Assembly (NCBI GenBank): GCA_001399795.1
Contig: LIHK01000056.1
Span: 89,873 to 153,872 of the forward strand
DNA: 64,000 nt
DNA from: Candidatus Bathyarchaeota archaeon BA2
Lineage (GTDB): Archaea > Thermoproteota > Bathyarchaeia > Bathyarchaeales > Bathyarchaeaceae
Direction: 5' to 3'
Below, piece after piece: positions 9,333-17,814 of the stretch. The notes below the pieces were generated by a model. That model did not search any database and was not told the origin of the DNA. It was given only the letters and a program-made list of their open reading frames with translations. The first letter of the stretch is position 1; every line of letters starts with the position of its first letter. Both the position numbers and the translations under genes were made by a program.

Positions 9333-10808
9333 TTAAGCATTCAGGATTTTTGGACCGAAAGGACAAGAAGCATCAGGTCCTAGCCAGTCTCCACGAGTGA
9401 CGTATGCTGTGTATCTGCAACCGCCGCATAGATCGCTGTATGCACATATTCTGCAAGAACCTTTCAGCGCTTTTCGGTTTCTAATGTAATTTAGGAGTTC
9501 ATTGTTGATCCAGATTTCTTCTAGGCTTTGTTCGAGAAGGTTGCCCAGTTTTATTGATGAGGCAGGAACGCAGGGAATCAAATCTCCAGAAGCAGTGACC
9601 CCCGCGTAGGTTAAGCCAGCCGAGCATCCGCCGAAACCTGTTGCAAGCTTTCTCACAATATTAGAAACTGCAAGTCCAAATTTCTCTTGAAACATCCTTT
9701 CGTACCCTGACAAAGCTTCGCTTACTGTGAAAACTTTGCCTTTTGAACGTTCGTAGCCGAGGCGAGTGTAATAGGTCATTCCTCGAGCGTAACATTGCAT
9801 ACCGAATCCTTCTGTTACGCTTTTGTAGAACTTGTTGTACAATGCTTCCAGAGCCTCAATCTTCTCTCTAGCAGTCACATCAAGGTAGCATGCTTCTATT
9901 CCACGACCAGCAGGAATAAGCCGGTTTAGATAGAATCTTGTTGCTCCAAGCTTTTCTGCTAAATTAATGGTTTCTTCTAATTCATGGATGTTCTTTGAGT
10001 GTAGGGTCATAGTGGTGGCCAACTCGTCAAAGCCTACAGCAGCACAATTTCTTATTCCCTCAATCGTTGCTTCAAAACTTCCAAGCTTGTTTCTTAGGAA
10101 ATCGTGAGTTTCAGCTCTTGCCCCGTCCAAGCCTATTTCTACCCGTTTGATACCCACTTTAGCGAGCTTTTTCGCCACCTTAGGAGTTATAAGAGTTCCA
10201 TTAGATGCAATTGTGCATAGCATGCCGTTGTCGTTGGCTCTCTTAATTACGTCATAAAGGTCCCTGCGTAGTAGTGGTTCACCCCCTGAGAAGGTTAGTA
10301 TAACTACTCCTGCATCACTCATGTTGTCTATCACCTTGAAGGCTTGAGAAGTCGTTAGTTCCGCATGAGAAGATGTGGACGAAGAGTCTTGATGGCAGTG
10401 CAGGCAGCTGAGGTTGCATCTGTTGGTGAAGTTCCAGACAATGGTTATTGGAGCGCCAGTGGGCTGTGGATACCTTATTCCGAAATTGGCAATTCCCTCC
10501 ACTACGTTGAGCATGCATTTACGGATAAGCGAGTCTTTCAGCAGCCGTTTTATCATGCTGTCATTGACTCCGAGACGGAAGAACAACAGATGAACTAATG
10601 GCATCAGAACTGTTGATGTCGGCAAGCAACTTTCACAAAGAAAGTGCCGACTTGACGAGTAGGCGTCAAAGACTGAAAACAATCGCTCTTGTCCACATTT
10701 TTCACATTTACTTGTCAAATAACGAGCGAGGTCTCTCCAAAAAGGGTTAAAGAATAGAGTTAGAGAGTGGTCGCCGTCAGGTATTTTAGTCATTGTTTGC
10801 CTAACCAA
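9333..10808 (-). CDS. Radical SAM / SPASM-domain protein with N-terminal Cys-rich extension
   Basis: NFTNRCNLSCLHCHQD (CX3CX2C), FSGGEPLL, and a C-terminal Cys cluster CRICAYSDLCGGCRYTAY...CPF typical of SPASM/twitch domains. Confidence 0.7.
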   Translation of the reverse strand: MVRQTMTKIPDGDHSLTLFFNPFWRDLARYLTSKCEKCGQERLFSVFDAYSSSRHFLCESCLPTSTVLMPLVHLLFFRLGVNDSMIKRLLKDSLIRKCMLNVVEGIANFGIRYPQPTGAPITIVWNFTNRCNLSCLHCHQDSSSTSSHAELTTSQAFKVIDNMSDAGVVILTFSGGEPLLRRDLYDVIKRANDNGMLCTIASNGTLITPKVAKKLAKVGIKRVEIGLDGARAETHDFLRNKLGSFEATIEGIRNCAAVGFDELATTMTLHSKNIHELEETINLAEKLGATRFYLNRLIPAGRGIEACYLDVTAREKIEALEALYNKFYKSVTEGFGMQCYARGMTYYTRLGYERSKGKVFTVSEALSGYERMFQEKFGLAVSNIVRKLATGFGGCSAGLTYAGVTASGDLIPCVPASSIKLGNLLEQSLEEIWINNELLNYIRNRKALKGSCRICAYSDLCGGCRYTAYVTRGDWLGPDASCPFGPKILNA

Positions 10809-10965
10809 TTTTCTCCTAATAATTCTAAGCTCCTTAAGTTCCCGTTTCTGATATAAATCGTCTGCCAGACGTCTTTGCTTATCTTGTTGCGTGCGCTAGC
10901 TCGGCCTTTGAGTACGTCATCGAGATGACGACGGCAAAATCTTTCTTAACATAAATAATGTGGAA

Positions 10966-11517
10966 TTAACCCTCAACAACGTATCTATAGGCAACGTATT
11001 TCCCAGCGGTTGGGCTTTCCCTAATAATTCTAACCATGTCTCCTGGATTAGCGCCAATGGCCTTAGCCGCTGGATCCGAGGCTTTGATCCGAGGAAGTTG
11101 GTAGGGTTTCATCCGATATTTTGCTAGTATTTTTTCTCTTTCTTCGGACGTGAGAATTTCGTGCTTTGGCACGAATTCGTGTTCGAAGATGTTGAAGGAT
11201 GGAAAGTTTCTTGGAATCAATTCTATTCCCTTTTTCTTTGCATTAACTTTAGCCGCTGGGGTGTACCTCCCGCTGGTAACTATAATTCCCCTTTCAGTCT
11301 CCGCCTCTTTCATAGCCTTACTCAGCTGGCTGGTGTACTGAATTCCAACAGTACTTTCGGTTGGAATGCACCAAATAAGCGCTTTCTTTTTATCTTTAGG
11401 CATCTTAACTGTAAAGCTGATGGCATTTTTCGTTTCCTCCCGTTTCAACAGCTTGTAACCTCGAAGCTTCATGAGAACCTTAGCCTTCCTTTCCTCCAAA
11501 GTTACCTTAGAGTTCAA
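10966..11517 (-). CDS. rpoH: RNA polymerase subunit H/Rpo5, extended full-length Rpb5-like form
   Basis: C-terminal VPKHEILTSEEREKILAKYRMKPYQLPRIKASDPAAKAIGANPGDMVRIIRESPTAGKYVAYRYVV is canonical RpoH. The roughly 105-aa N-terminal extension has a restriction-endonuclease-like pattern. Confidence 0.8.
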   Translation of the reverse strand: MNSKVTLEERKAKVLMKLRGYKLLKREETKNAISFTVKMPKDKKKALIWCIPTESTVGIQYTSQLSKAMKEAETERGIIVTSGRYTPAAKVNAKKKGIELIPRNFPSFNIFEHEFVPKHEILTSEEREKILAKYRMKPYQLPRIKASDPAAKAIGANPGDMVRIIRESPTAGKYVAYRYVVEG

Positions 11518-11687
11518 ACTTTCAATCTCCGTGTCTAGAGAATGATTGTAAGTGGAAATAATCTAAATCACCCTTAAACTTTACGCTTCAATGTTTGGAA
11601 CCGAATGTTCCCCTCCTAAGAAACGACTTGACGCACCAGAGACTTTAGTGTCGGAAGGCGTATCCTGCGAATAAATATCAAGGGAAA

Positions 11688-12352
11688 CGTGCCTCGACAT
11701 GTTTTACTTTCATATTTCGTCTGTGTAGAGGGCTTCCAGGTTCTCCACATTAACGGTCTTGTAGAGGTGGCGGAGCACCGTTCTGGCGGCCACATCAGCC
11801 ATGGGGATAAGCCTCACAAGCCCACCTCGCTCAACCACCCCCAAGATGGGGGAGTTTATCCACGATTAGCTGCCCCTCCCACGACGCCTCAATCTCCTGG
11901 TCCTTGGTTGCCTTTTGAGGCCCCTCTTGCCCTTGAGGCCGGCTGTCACATAGACCTCGTCCAGCCCCACGATGCCTTCGAGGCTCACGGTGGAGGCGGT
12001 TAGGTAAAGGTTCTCCCTCAGCTTCCTCACGGTCCTGAACATGGTGTTGTAGGGCAGCCCAAGGATTTCGGCCAGCTCACGAACGCTGACCTTAGACTGT
12101 ATTTGGAAGGCCGTGAAAAACAAGTCCTCAAAGGCAGCTTTGAGTGGGCTAGGACAGTGCCGGACCTGTCGTTGAACCAGCGTCCACAATTCTTGCAGCG
12201 GTGCCGCTGGTAGAGGCGCTTCCTCCAACCACGCCTGACAACAGACCTGCTGCCGCAGTGGAGGCATAGAAGCCTGCAGCCCACCTAACCTCCCTCAACG
12301 CCCCGGCACATTCAGCATCAGAAGGCATGAAAGACTGGATAGTTAAAGCCAT
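11688..12352 (-). mobile_element. Degraded IS1595-family-like transposase remnant (multiple frameshifts, 3'-truncated), GC-rich
   Basis: Pieces in four minus-strand frames: MPSDAECAGALREVRW.. / ..CLHCGSRSVVRRGWRKRLYQRHRCKNCGRWFNDRSGTVLAHSKLPLRTCF (Zn ribbon) / ..VSVRELAEILGLPYNTMFRTVRKLRE..GLDEVYV.. / ILGVVERGGLVRLIPMADVAARTV..LYTDEI*. GC is visibly higher than in the flanks. Confidence 0.6.
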
Positions 12353-13679
12353 TAGAGCATGAAAAGGTAGAGAAAGCTAAATAAGCGCCATCTTCGTAAC
12401 AAGAGCGAATCCATTTAGATATACCCTGAACCCATTCGAGTTATCTGCGGTAAACCCGTATTTATTATATCCTATCTAATTCAATGCGGAGTACATCGGT
12501 TAAGCATATTTTATTCATAAATGATTCTTTTGTATATGAGATTAACGAATAAACATTACAATATTATCTGTAGGAGGGAGATATTCCAACTCGAAATGGC
12601 GATTTCACTATATATGCAGCCCTTTTCCAGTATCTCGATATATTCTTGCAGAACTTATCTCAATACAGTGGTCTAACAATACCCCATTCCAGAAACTTGA
12701 TGGATAGGGCTGAGTGGCTCCGATTTCAAATAAGAACAATGTCTGAACTATGGACTTAGCAATTTACATCTTCCCACCATTGGGGGTAAAATTGACACTC
12801 TATTAATAACTCCAAGTGGCTTTGATGATTGTGGTTTAACTCTTTAAACAGTTTTGCCCCTTTATGGCAATCGGCATTGTTGTTCTTTACTCGGTCGTTC
12901 CTTCGGGAGAGAGCGTAAATTTCAAAGAGGAAAACGAATAATGCCGAAGCAAAGTCAAGTCACCGAATCTTTTTTGATTCACCTTTGTACGCTTATATTA
13001 AGGAGACGGGACATGGTTCTCCTTCCATGTGTAGGGAGGGTTTCATCCTCTTTTAAGCCCAAAACGGGCTTATTTCACTCAAATTTAACAGTTCGAAAAG
13101 GCATGTCCCATCAGCTTTAAATGAGCGAAAGTATTTATATCGAGTAAAAGTAAATCATTCTTCTCCAACTTCAGTTATTTCAATATGAGGTAATTTTGCT
13201 TCTGTATGAGGTTGAATGGAATAAAAGTATTCAGGAATTATAATTTCATTGCCATAAGTTCTTTCACAGTGATTAGAGATACTTTCCGTAAACTACAACA
13301 ACCTTTGTTAGATAAAGCTGTAGAAAACCTAGCAACCATCGGACAATCAGAAAAGAATTTATTACTCGCAATGATTAGAAGCTCGCTTTATGAAAGAGAG
13401 AAAGTTAAGCCAGATGATTTAAAAATTGCATATCATGCTATTTTCGGAGAAACGATGAAGGAGGGCGAGTATACAGCCCACTTCAGCAGTGACGTATAGA
13501 AACCCTGGCGTCATAGGGCTTCCTCCCAACCCCCCCTTCCAACGGCTGTCCCAAGGAGGGGGAAGCGAGTCTACATCTCCAGGGGTATAAGCAAAAACAT
13601 GGATGCAGAAAACGGCGTTCTTTAGCGGGCCTACACAGAGCTTGCGATTATTAATCGTTTTGGCTATGTTTCTTCCAAT

Positions 13680-14564
13680 TTATGAAAGTTTTGAGGTAAA
13701 AGTTTGAATTTGAGTTTTATTTTTATTTAAGCTTACATCTTCTGAAGACATACCGAGGGCTAAACCCAAAAGTTGAGTCATAAAAACCACTGGAAGCTCG
13801 TATTTTTTCCCTATTTTTTCGGTTAGTTCGATTTGACCTGTATCAAATTGGTAATGACAGAAAGCGCACGGTGTAATTAGGCAATCCGCTTCAGCGTCAA
13901 CCATATTCTCAATCTTCCTCCTTGTATAGCCAAGGGCAACATCTAAGTTTGCGGCTCTTACCCCGCCGCCTGCCCCACAGCACATCATCTTGTCCTCGTA
14001 ATCAACACTTTCCGCACCTAGGGCTCTCACAAAATCGTCGAGGATTGTTGGCCGTTCAACGGTTCCATGCATCCTGATATCGCTGGGCTTTAGAAAGTGA
14101 CACCCGTAGTGAACTGCTACTTTAATCCCTTTAAGGGGATGCTTAATTCTCTTTTGAATAGTTTCATATCTAATGTTTTCATCTAGAATTTCAATAATAT
14201 GTTTTACTTCAACTGTGCCCCTATATTCTCGACCAATGTTTTTCAAAATGTTGTTTACTTTATTTTTTAGTTCATCGTTTTGTTTTAGAAGATGCTTTGC
14301 TTCTTGGATGGTTGCATAACACCCATTACATGTTACCGTTATGTCAGCACCCATTTCTTCGGCAATAGAAATGTTTCTCGCAGCAACCGTCAACCATGTC
14401 CGTAAATCGAAGGATCCAAAAACACCCGGAGCCGGACAACATGAAGCCCCCTCCATATCCAAAACTTCAATTCCAAATTCCTCTAACACCCTTCTTGTGG
14501 CTAGTTCAATTCCAGGATAGCGATTTGGCGTGATGCATCCGAGAAAGTAGGCATACCTATTCAC
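13680..14564 (-). CDS. hdrB: Heterodisulfide reductase subunit B
   Basis: MNRYAYFLGCITPNRYPGIE...ASCCPAPG and a second CCG-type motif MMCCGAGGG; 294 aa. Confidence 0.85.
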   Translation of the reverse strand: MNRYAYFLGCITPNRYPGIELATRRVLEEFGIEVLDMEGASCCPAPGVFGSFDLRTWLTVAARNISIAEEMGADITVTCNGCYATIQEAKHLLKQNDELKNKVNNILKNIGREYRGTVEVKHIIEILDENIRYETIQKRIKHPLKGIKVAVHYGCHFLKPSDIRMHGTVERPTILDDFVRALGAESVDYEDKMMCCGAGGGVRAANLDVALGYTRRKIENMVDAEADCLITPCAFCHYQFDTGQIELTEKIGKKYELPVVFMTQLLGLALGMSSEDVSLNKNKTQIQTFTSKLS

Positions 14565-15106
14565 TTCGCAGTCCTCTCCACTATCTTCTTGAACCCCGTT
14601 TCTTCGGCGAGTTTAAGAACTTCTGCTAGGCTTTCTGGATGGCTGTGAACTGTAGGTGGGGCCTCAGCCAGACCTAAGTCCTTTCTAACTTGCCTCGTTT
14701 CATCATTAATTGGAACTGCATGACCATATGTGAGAAAGAATTCGCAGATTCTTCGATGATTATTCTTAATATAGCCATATTTCACGGCAAGATTTCTGAT
14801 AATTCTAACAGTGTTCGTTGTATGCACACCTCTTGGGCATCTTTCCTGACAAGTATAACAAGTAGTGCAATTCCAAAGATTATCGTCCGAGAGAACCGTT
14901 TCTTTTAATCCTAACTGTGTCTCTCTAAAAATCTTTCTAATACGCAACGCGCTTATTCTTCCCGACGGACAGCCTCCAACACATGTGCCGCATTGTATGC
15001 AGAACCTAAGTCTTTCCAATTCTTCCTTTGGAAAGACTCTTGATCCATCCTGTATGACTTCATTCAAGAAATCCCACGTCACGTTTCTAATAACCTTTGA
15101 AGCCAA
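14561..15106 (-). CDS. hdrC: Heterodisulfide reductase subunit C
   Basis: Two ferredoxin-type motifs, CIQCGTCVGGCP and CTTCYTCQERCP; 4-nt overlap with hdrB. Confidence 0.85.
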   Translation of the reverse strand: MASKVIRNVTWDFLNEVIQDGSRVFPKEELERLRFCIQCGTCVGGCPSGRISALRIRKIFRETQLGLKETVLSDDNLWNCTTCYTCQERCPRGVHTTNTVRIIRNLAVKYGYIKNNHRRICEFFLTYGHAVPINDETRQVRKDLGLAEAPPTVHSHPESLAEVLKLAEETGFKKIVERTAK

Positions 15107-15198
15107 GGCTTTTTCATCTACTTATCTATGAGCATGTATTATCTAGAATCTTCAACGGACTGATTGTTTAGATAAAAACATTTTGGTAAATGAAATGA

Positions 15199-15352
15199 AG
15201 GACGTGGCAACTTAAGGCTTTCTATGATGAAAATGGTCTCGTAGTGCGCTGTTAAAAAATGAACGTTTTAGAGTTTTAAGTTTCTTCAGGTTTCTTGTTG
15301 GTGGGGTATAGCCATTTTGACCAGTCAAAGATGGTCTTAAGTTGTCACGTCC
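15199..15352. repeat. Inverted pair of a 17-nt motif (GGACGTGGCAACTTAAG / CTTAAGTTGTCACGTCC) spaced about 120 bp apart
   Basis: Read directly at 15199-15217 and 15336-15352 in the divergent hdrC / radical-SAM intergenic region; a third copy lies at 28435-28453. Confidence 0.55.
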
Positions 15353-15493
15353 AATGTAAACTTAGCCCTTATTAACATGCGAAAGCGCGCGGACGCGGTT
15401 ATTGCATCATAAGTAAGATTCTTGCTCGGTAGACTAGCGAGTATGATAAGTATAAATAAATGCGGGAACATCTCTTAATTTGATGAGTTTTGG

Positions 15494-16615
15494 ATGTTAC
15501 ATGAGCAGAGGGGGAAAGACGTAGAAGCTGAAATCCTGAAGCTTAAAGTAGAGTTGCTATGCAGAGGAGCTAGGTTAGGTACAAAAATTGATAGGGGAAG
15601 AAAAGTGGGAGCTGGGCCCGCTGGCGGAAGATGCATCATATTACCTGGAGGGTCTTGTGTAAACACTCCTTTATGGGGTGACTTTGTAAAGGAATCGAAG
15701 CTTGTGTTAATCAAAAGAGGAGATGAGTGGGGGTTACTTAAAGGTGATAATTTGGAAGCAGAGGTAGAGCTGGTGCCCTACCCAAGATTTTATTCCCAAA
15801 AAACTTCTGATGGAGTTCCTATGTGGAAAGTTGCCCTTTTACATGGAAAAGATTGTTTGGCAACAACTGTTTATCAAAAATGCGTTTATTGGGATACCGG
15901 CAAAAAGTGTAAATTCTGCGGAATAGAGTTGTCACTCAATGCAGACAAAACTATTGCTATCAAAAAGCCTAAGCAGTTTTGTGAAGTCGTTGAAGCCGCG
16001 GTAGAGGAAGGGGTCTGTGGCCACATCACGCTAACAACCGGGACCACGGCGTCGCGAGACCGCGGTGCCAAGTTGCTGGCTGAGGTTGTTGGGGAGGTGA
16101 AGGCGTATAAAGAAATTCCAGTTCATGTGCAGTTAGAACCCCCAAAAAATAGTAGATATTTAGAACTTTTAGCTGAAAACGGTGCTGATACTATCGGGAT
16201 TCATGTAGAAAGTTTCGACCAAAGGGTCCTTAAGGAAGTGTGCCCAGGCAAGGTTAAAACTGAGATAGAAAAGTATTTTGAGGCTTGGAGGCATTCGGTA
16301 GAGCTCTTTGGAGAAGGACAGGTAAGCTCCTTCATAATAGCTGGCTTAGGCGAGGATGATGAGAGCATATTGAAAGGAAGTGAGGAATTGGCTAGAATTG
16401 GAGTTATTCCATACCTTGTTCCTCTTCGACCTATAATTGGCACAGAATTTGAAAACAGATGGCCTCCAAGTCCATTAAGAATGATCAGACTCTACGAGGG
16501 CATAGCTAATATTCTGATTCGTTATGGTTTAGATCCTAGGAAAAGTAAGGCGGGTTGCGTGCGTTGTGGGGGTTGCTCAGCACTTAGCGAAGCATTCGCG
16601 CAACATCACCACTAG
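15494..16615 (+). CDS. Radical SAM protein (BioB/ThiH-like core) with about 100-aa N-terminal extension
   Basis: Cys motif QKCVYWDTGKKCKFCG, TTGT, GADTIGIHVESFD, IIAGLGEDDE; C-terminal CVRCGGC. Confidence 0.6.
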   Translation: MLHEQRGKDVEAEILKLKVELLCRGARLGTKIDRGRKVGAGPAGGRCIILPGGSCVNTPLWGDFVKESKLVLIKRGDEWGLLKGDNLEAEVELVPYPRFYSQKTSDGVPMWKVALLHGKDCLATTVYQKCVYWDTGKKCKFCGIELSLNADKTIAIKKPKQFCEVVEAAVEEGVCGHITLTTGTTASRDRGAKLLAEVVGEVKAYKEIPVHVQLEPPKNSRYLELLAENGADTIGIHVESFDQRVLKEVCPGKVKTEIEKYFEAWRHSVELFGEGQVSSFIIAGLGEDDESILKGSEELARIGVIPYLVPLRPIIGTEFENRWPPSPLRMIRLYEGIANILIRYGLDPRKSKAGCVRCGGCSALSEAFAQHHH

Positions 16616-16663
16616 GTTAAGCTTACGGATTAAGGGTTACATCGTGTAGAATTTTGTCGCAAT

Positions 16664-17614
16664 TCAACTATGGGGCTTAACTCCGAAGATGGATTCACGT
16701 TTTAAATCTAAAAATAATGCGTGTTGCTCATTATAGGATAACCATATCTCTTTACCTGCCGCGATTTCTCCGACTGTTGCGGCTGCTAACTTATGGCTTC
16801 TCAGTACCTGCATGCATTCTAGTGGTCGGTTTGTTGAAATTATGAAACCTATACCTGGATAAGTGGTTAACCAATCCTCTAGCTCGACATCTACGGGCTT
16901 TGGTATGCTCCCTAGGTCAACTCTTGCGCCGATCTGACTGGACTCGCAGAGCATGGCGAGGGTTCCTGTGATGCCAGGTCCGCTAATGTCTCTGGCAGCA
17001 TGCGCTAAACCCTCCTCAGCCAGCTCGATCATGGAGTTTAAACGCTCTAAGACCTCTTGGCTCGACTTCATGGTTGTTGAGTCAAAGGTTTTTAGCCAAC
17101 CTTTAGAGCTGAATTTTCCGTCGAGGTCAACGGCGATTATGAGCGAGTCTCCCGCCTTCGCGGCGGTGCTTGGGAGGACGTTTCTCGCTATGCCAACGGC
17201 TGCTGCATCCACGCTGTCATAGGAGGTGTCTGGGTGGGTGTGGCCCTTCAACAGCTTCAGCCCGTATTTCCTCAAGCCGTCTTGCATCCCTTCCGCAACC
17301 TTACGCCTTACCTCACTTGAACTTGAAGAAATGATATTGACGAAGCCTATTGGTCGAGCTCCCTTTGCCACCACATCATTCACGTTAACAAGAACCGAGA
17401 AGTAACCAGCCAACAGTGGGTCGCTTTTCACGAGACTCTCCACTATTCCATCGCATGAAACAACTACCTTAAAATCGCCCACATCAAAGAACCCTGCGTC
17501 GTCGTAAGTCATCTCTCCCAGAATACTCAAGATTTCCCCAAGGGCAAATTTACGGGTCAAACCTTTAAAATCCCTTAGTTTCTTAATCAAATCCGCTATT
17601 TGATGGGCAACCAT
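16664..17614 (-). CDS. AIR synthase-related (PurM/ThiL/HypE superfamily) protein, methanogenesis-marker-2-like
   Basis: 316 aa; VVSCDGIVE, NVNDVVAKGARPIGFVNII, HTHPD and DISGPGITGTL motifs typical of the PurM-like fold. Confidence 0.55.
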   Translation of the reverse strand: MVAHQIADLIKKLRDFKGLTRKFALGEILSILGEMTYDDAGFFDVGDFKVVVSCDGIVESLVKSDPLLAGYFSVLVNVNDVVAKGARPIGFVNIISSSSSEVRRKVAEGMQDGLRKYGLKLLKGHTHPDTSYDSVDAAAVGIARNVLPSTAAKAGDSLIIAVDLDGKFSSKGWLKTFDSTTMKSSQEVLERLNSMIELAEEGLAHAARDISGPGITGTLAMLCESSQIGARVDLGSIPKPVDVELEDWLTTYPGIGFIISTNRPLECMQVLRSHKLAAATVGEIAAGKEIWLSYNEQHALFLDLKRESIFGVKPHS

Positions 17615-17814
17615 TCTATAAAGACCTCTTACTTAAGCAAAAACTATCTACCTTACTTAAGTTTTGTTCGCAGTTATAGGACATGGTTGAATTGTACTTG
17701 CAGGTTGCTGCCTACGACGTTGGTGGAACTTGTTATTATGGATTTGTAACTTTAAGTTTTATTGTTTCATATGAAACATAAAATCTATAAGCAATAAAGC
17801 ATCCCCATTTCATC

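Noticed and set aside
11689-12003. 104-aa plus-strand ORF in the GC-rich segment
   Set aside because: It is the shadow of the degraded IS1595-like transposase on the opposite strand. High GC suppresses stops in all frames.
12854-13499. ORFs 12854-13120 and 13206-13499 in the AT-rich gap
   Set aside because: They have no recognisable motifs, unusual composition and non-ATG starts, and they lie in a region that looks like decayed DNA next to the IS remnant. The evidence is insufficient to call genes.
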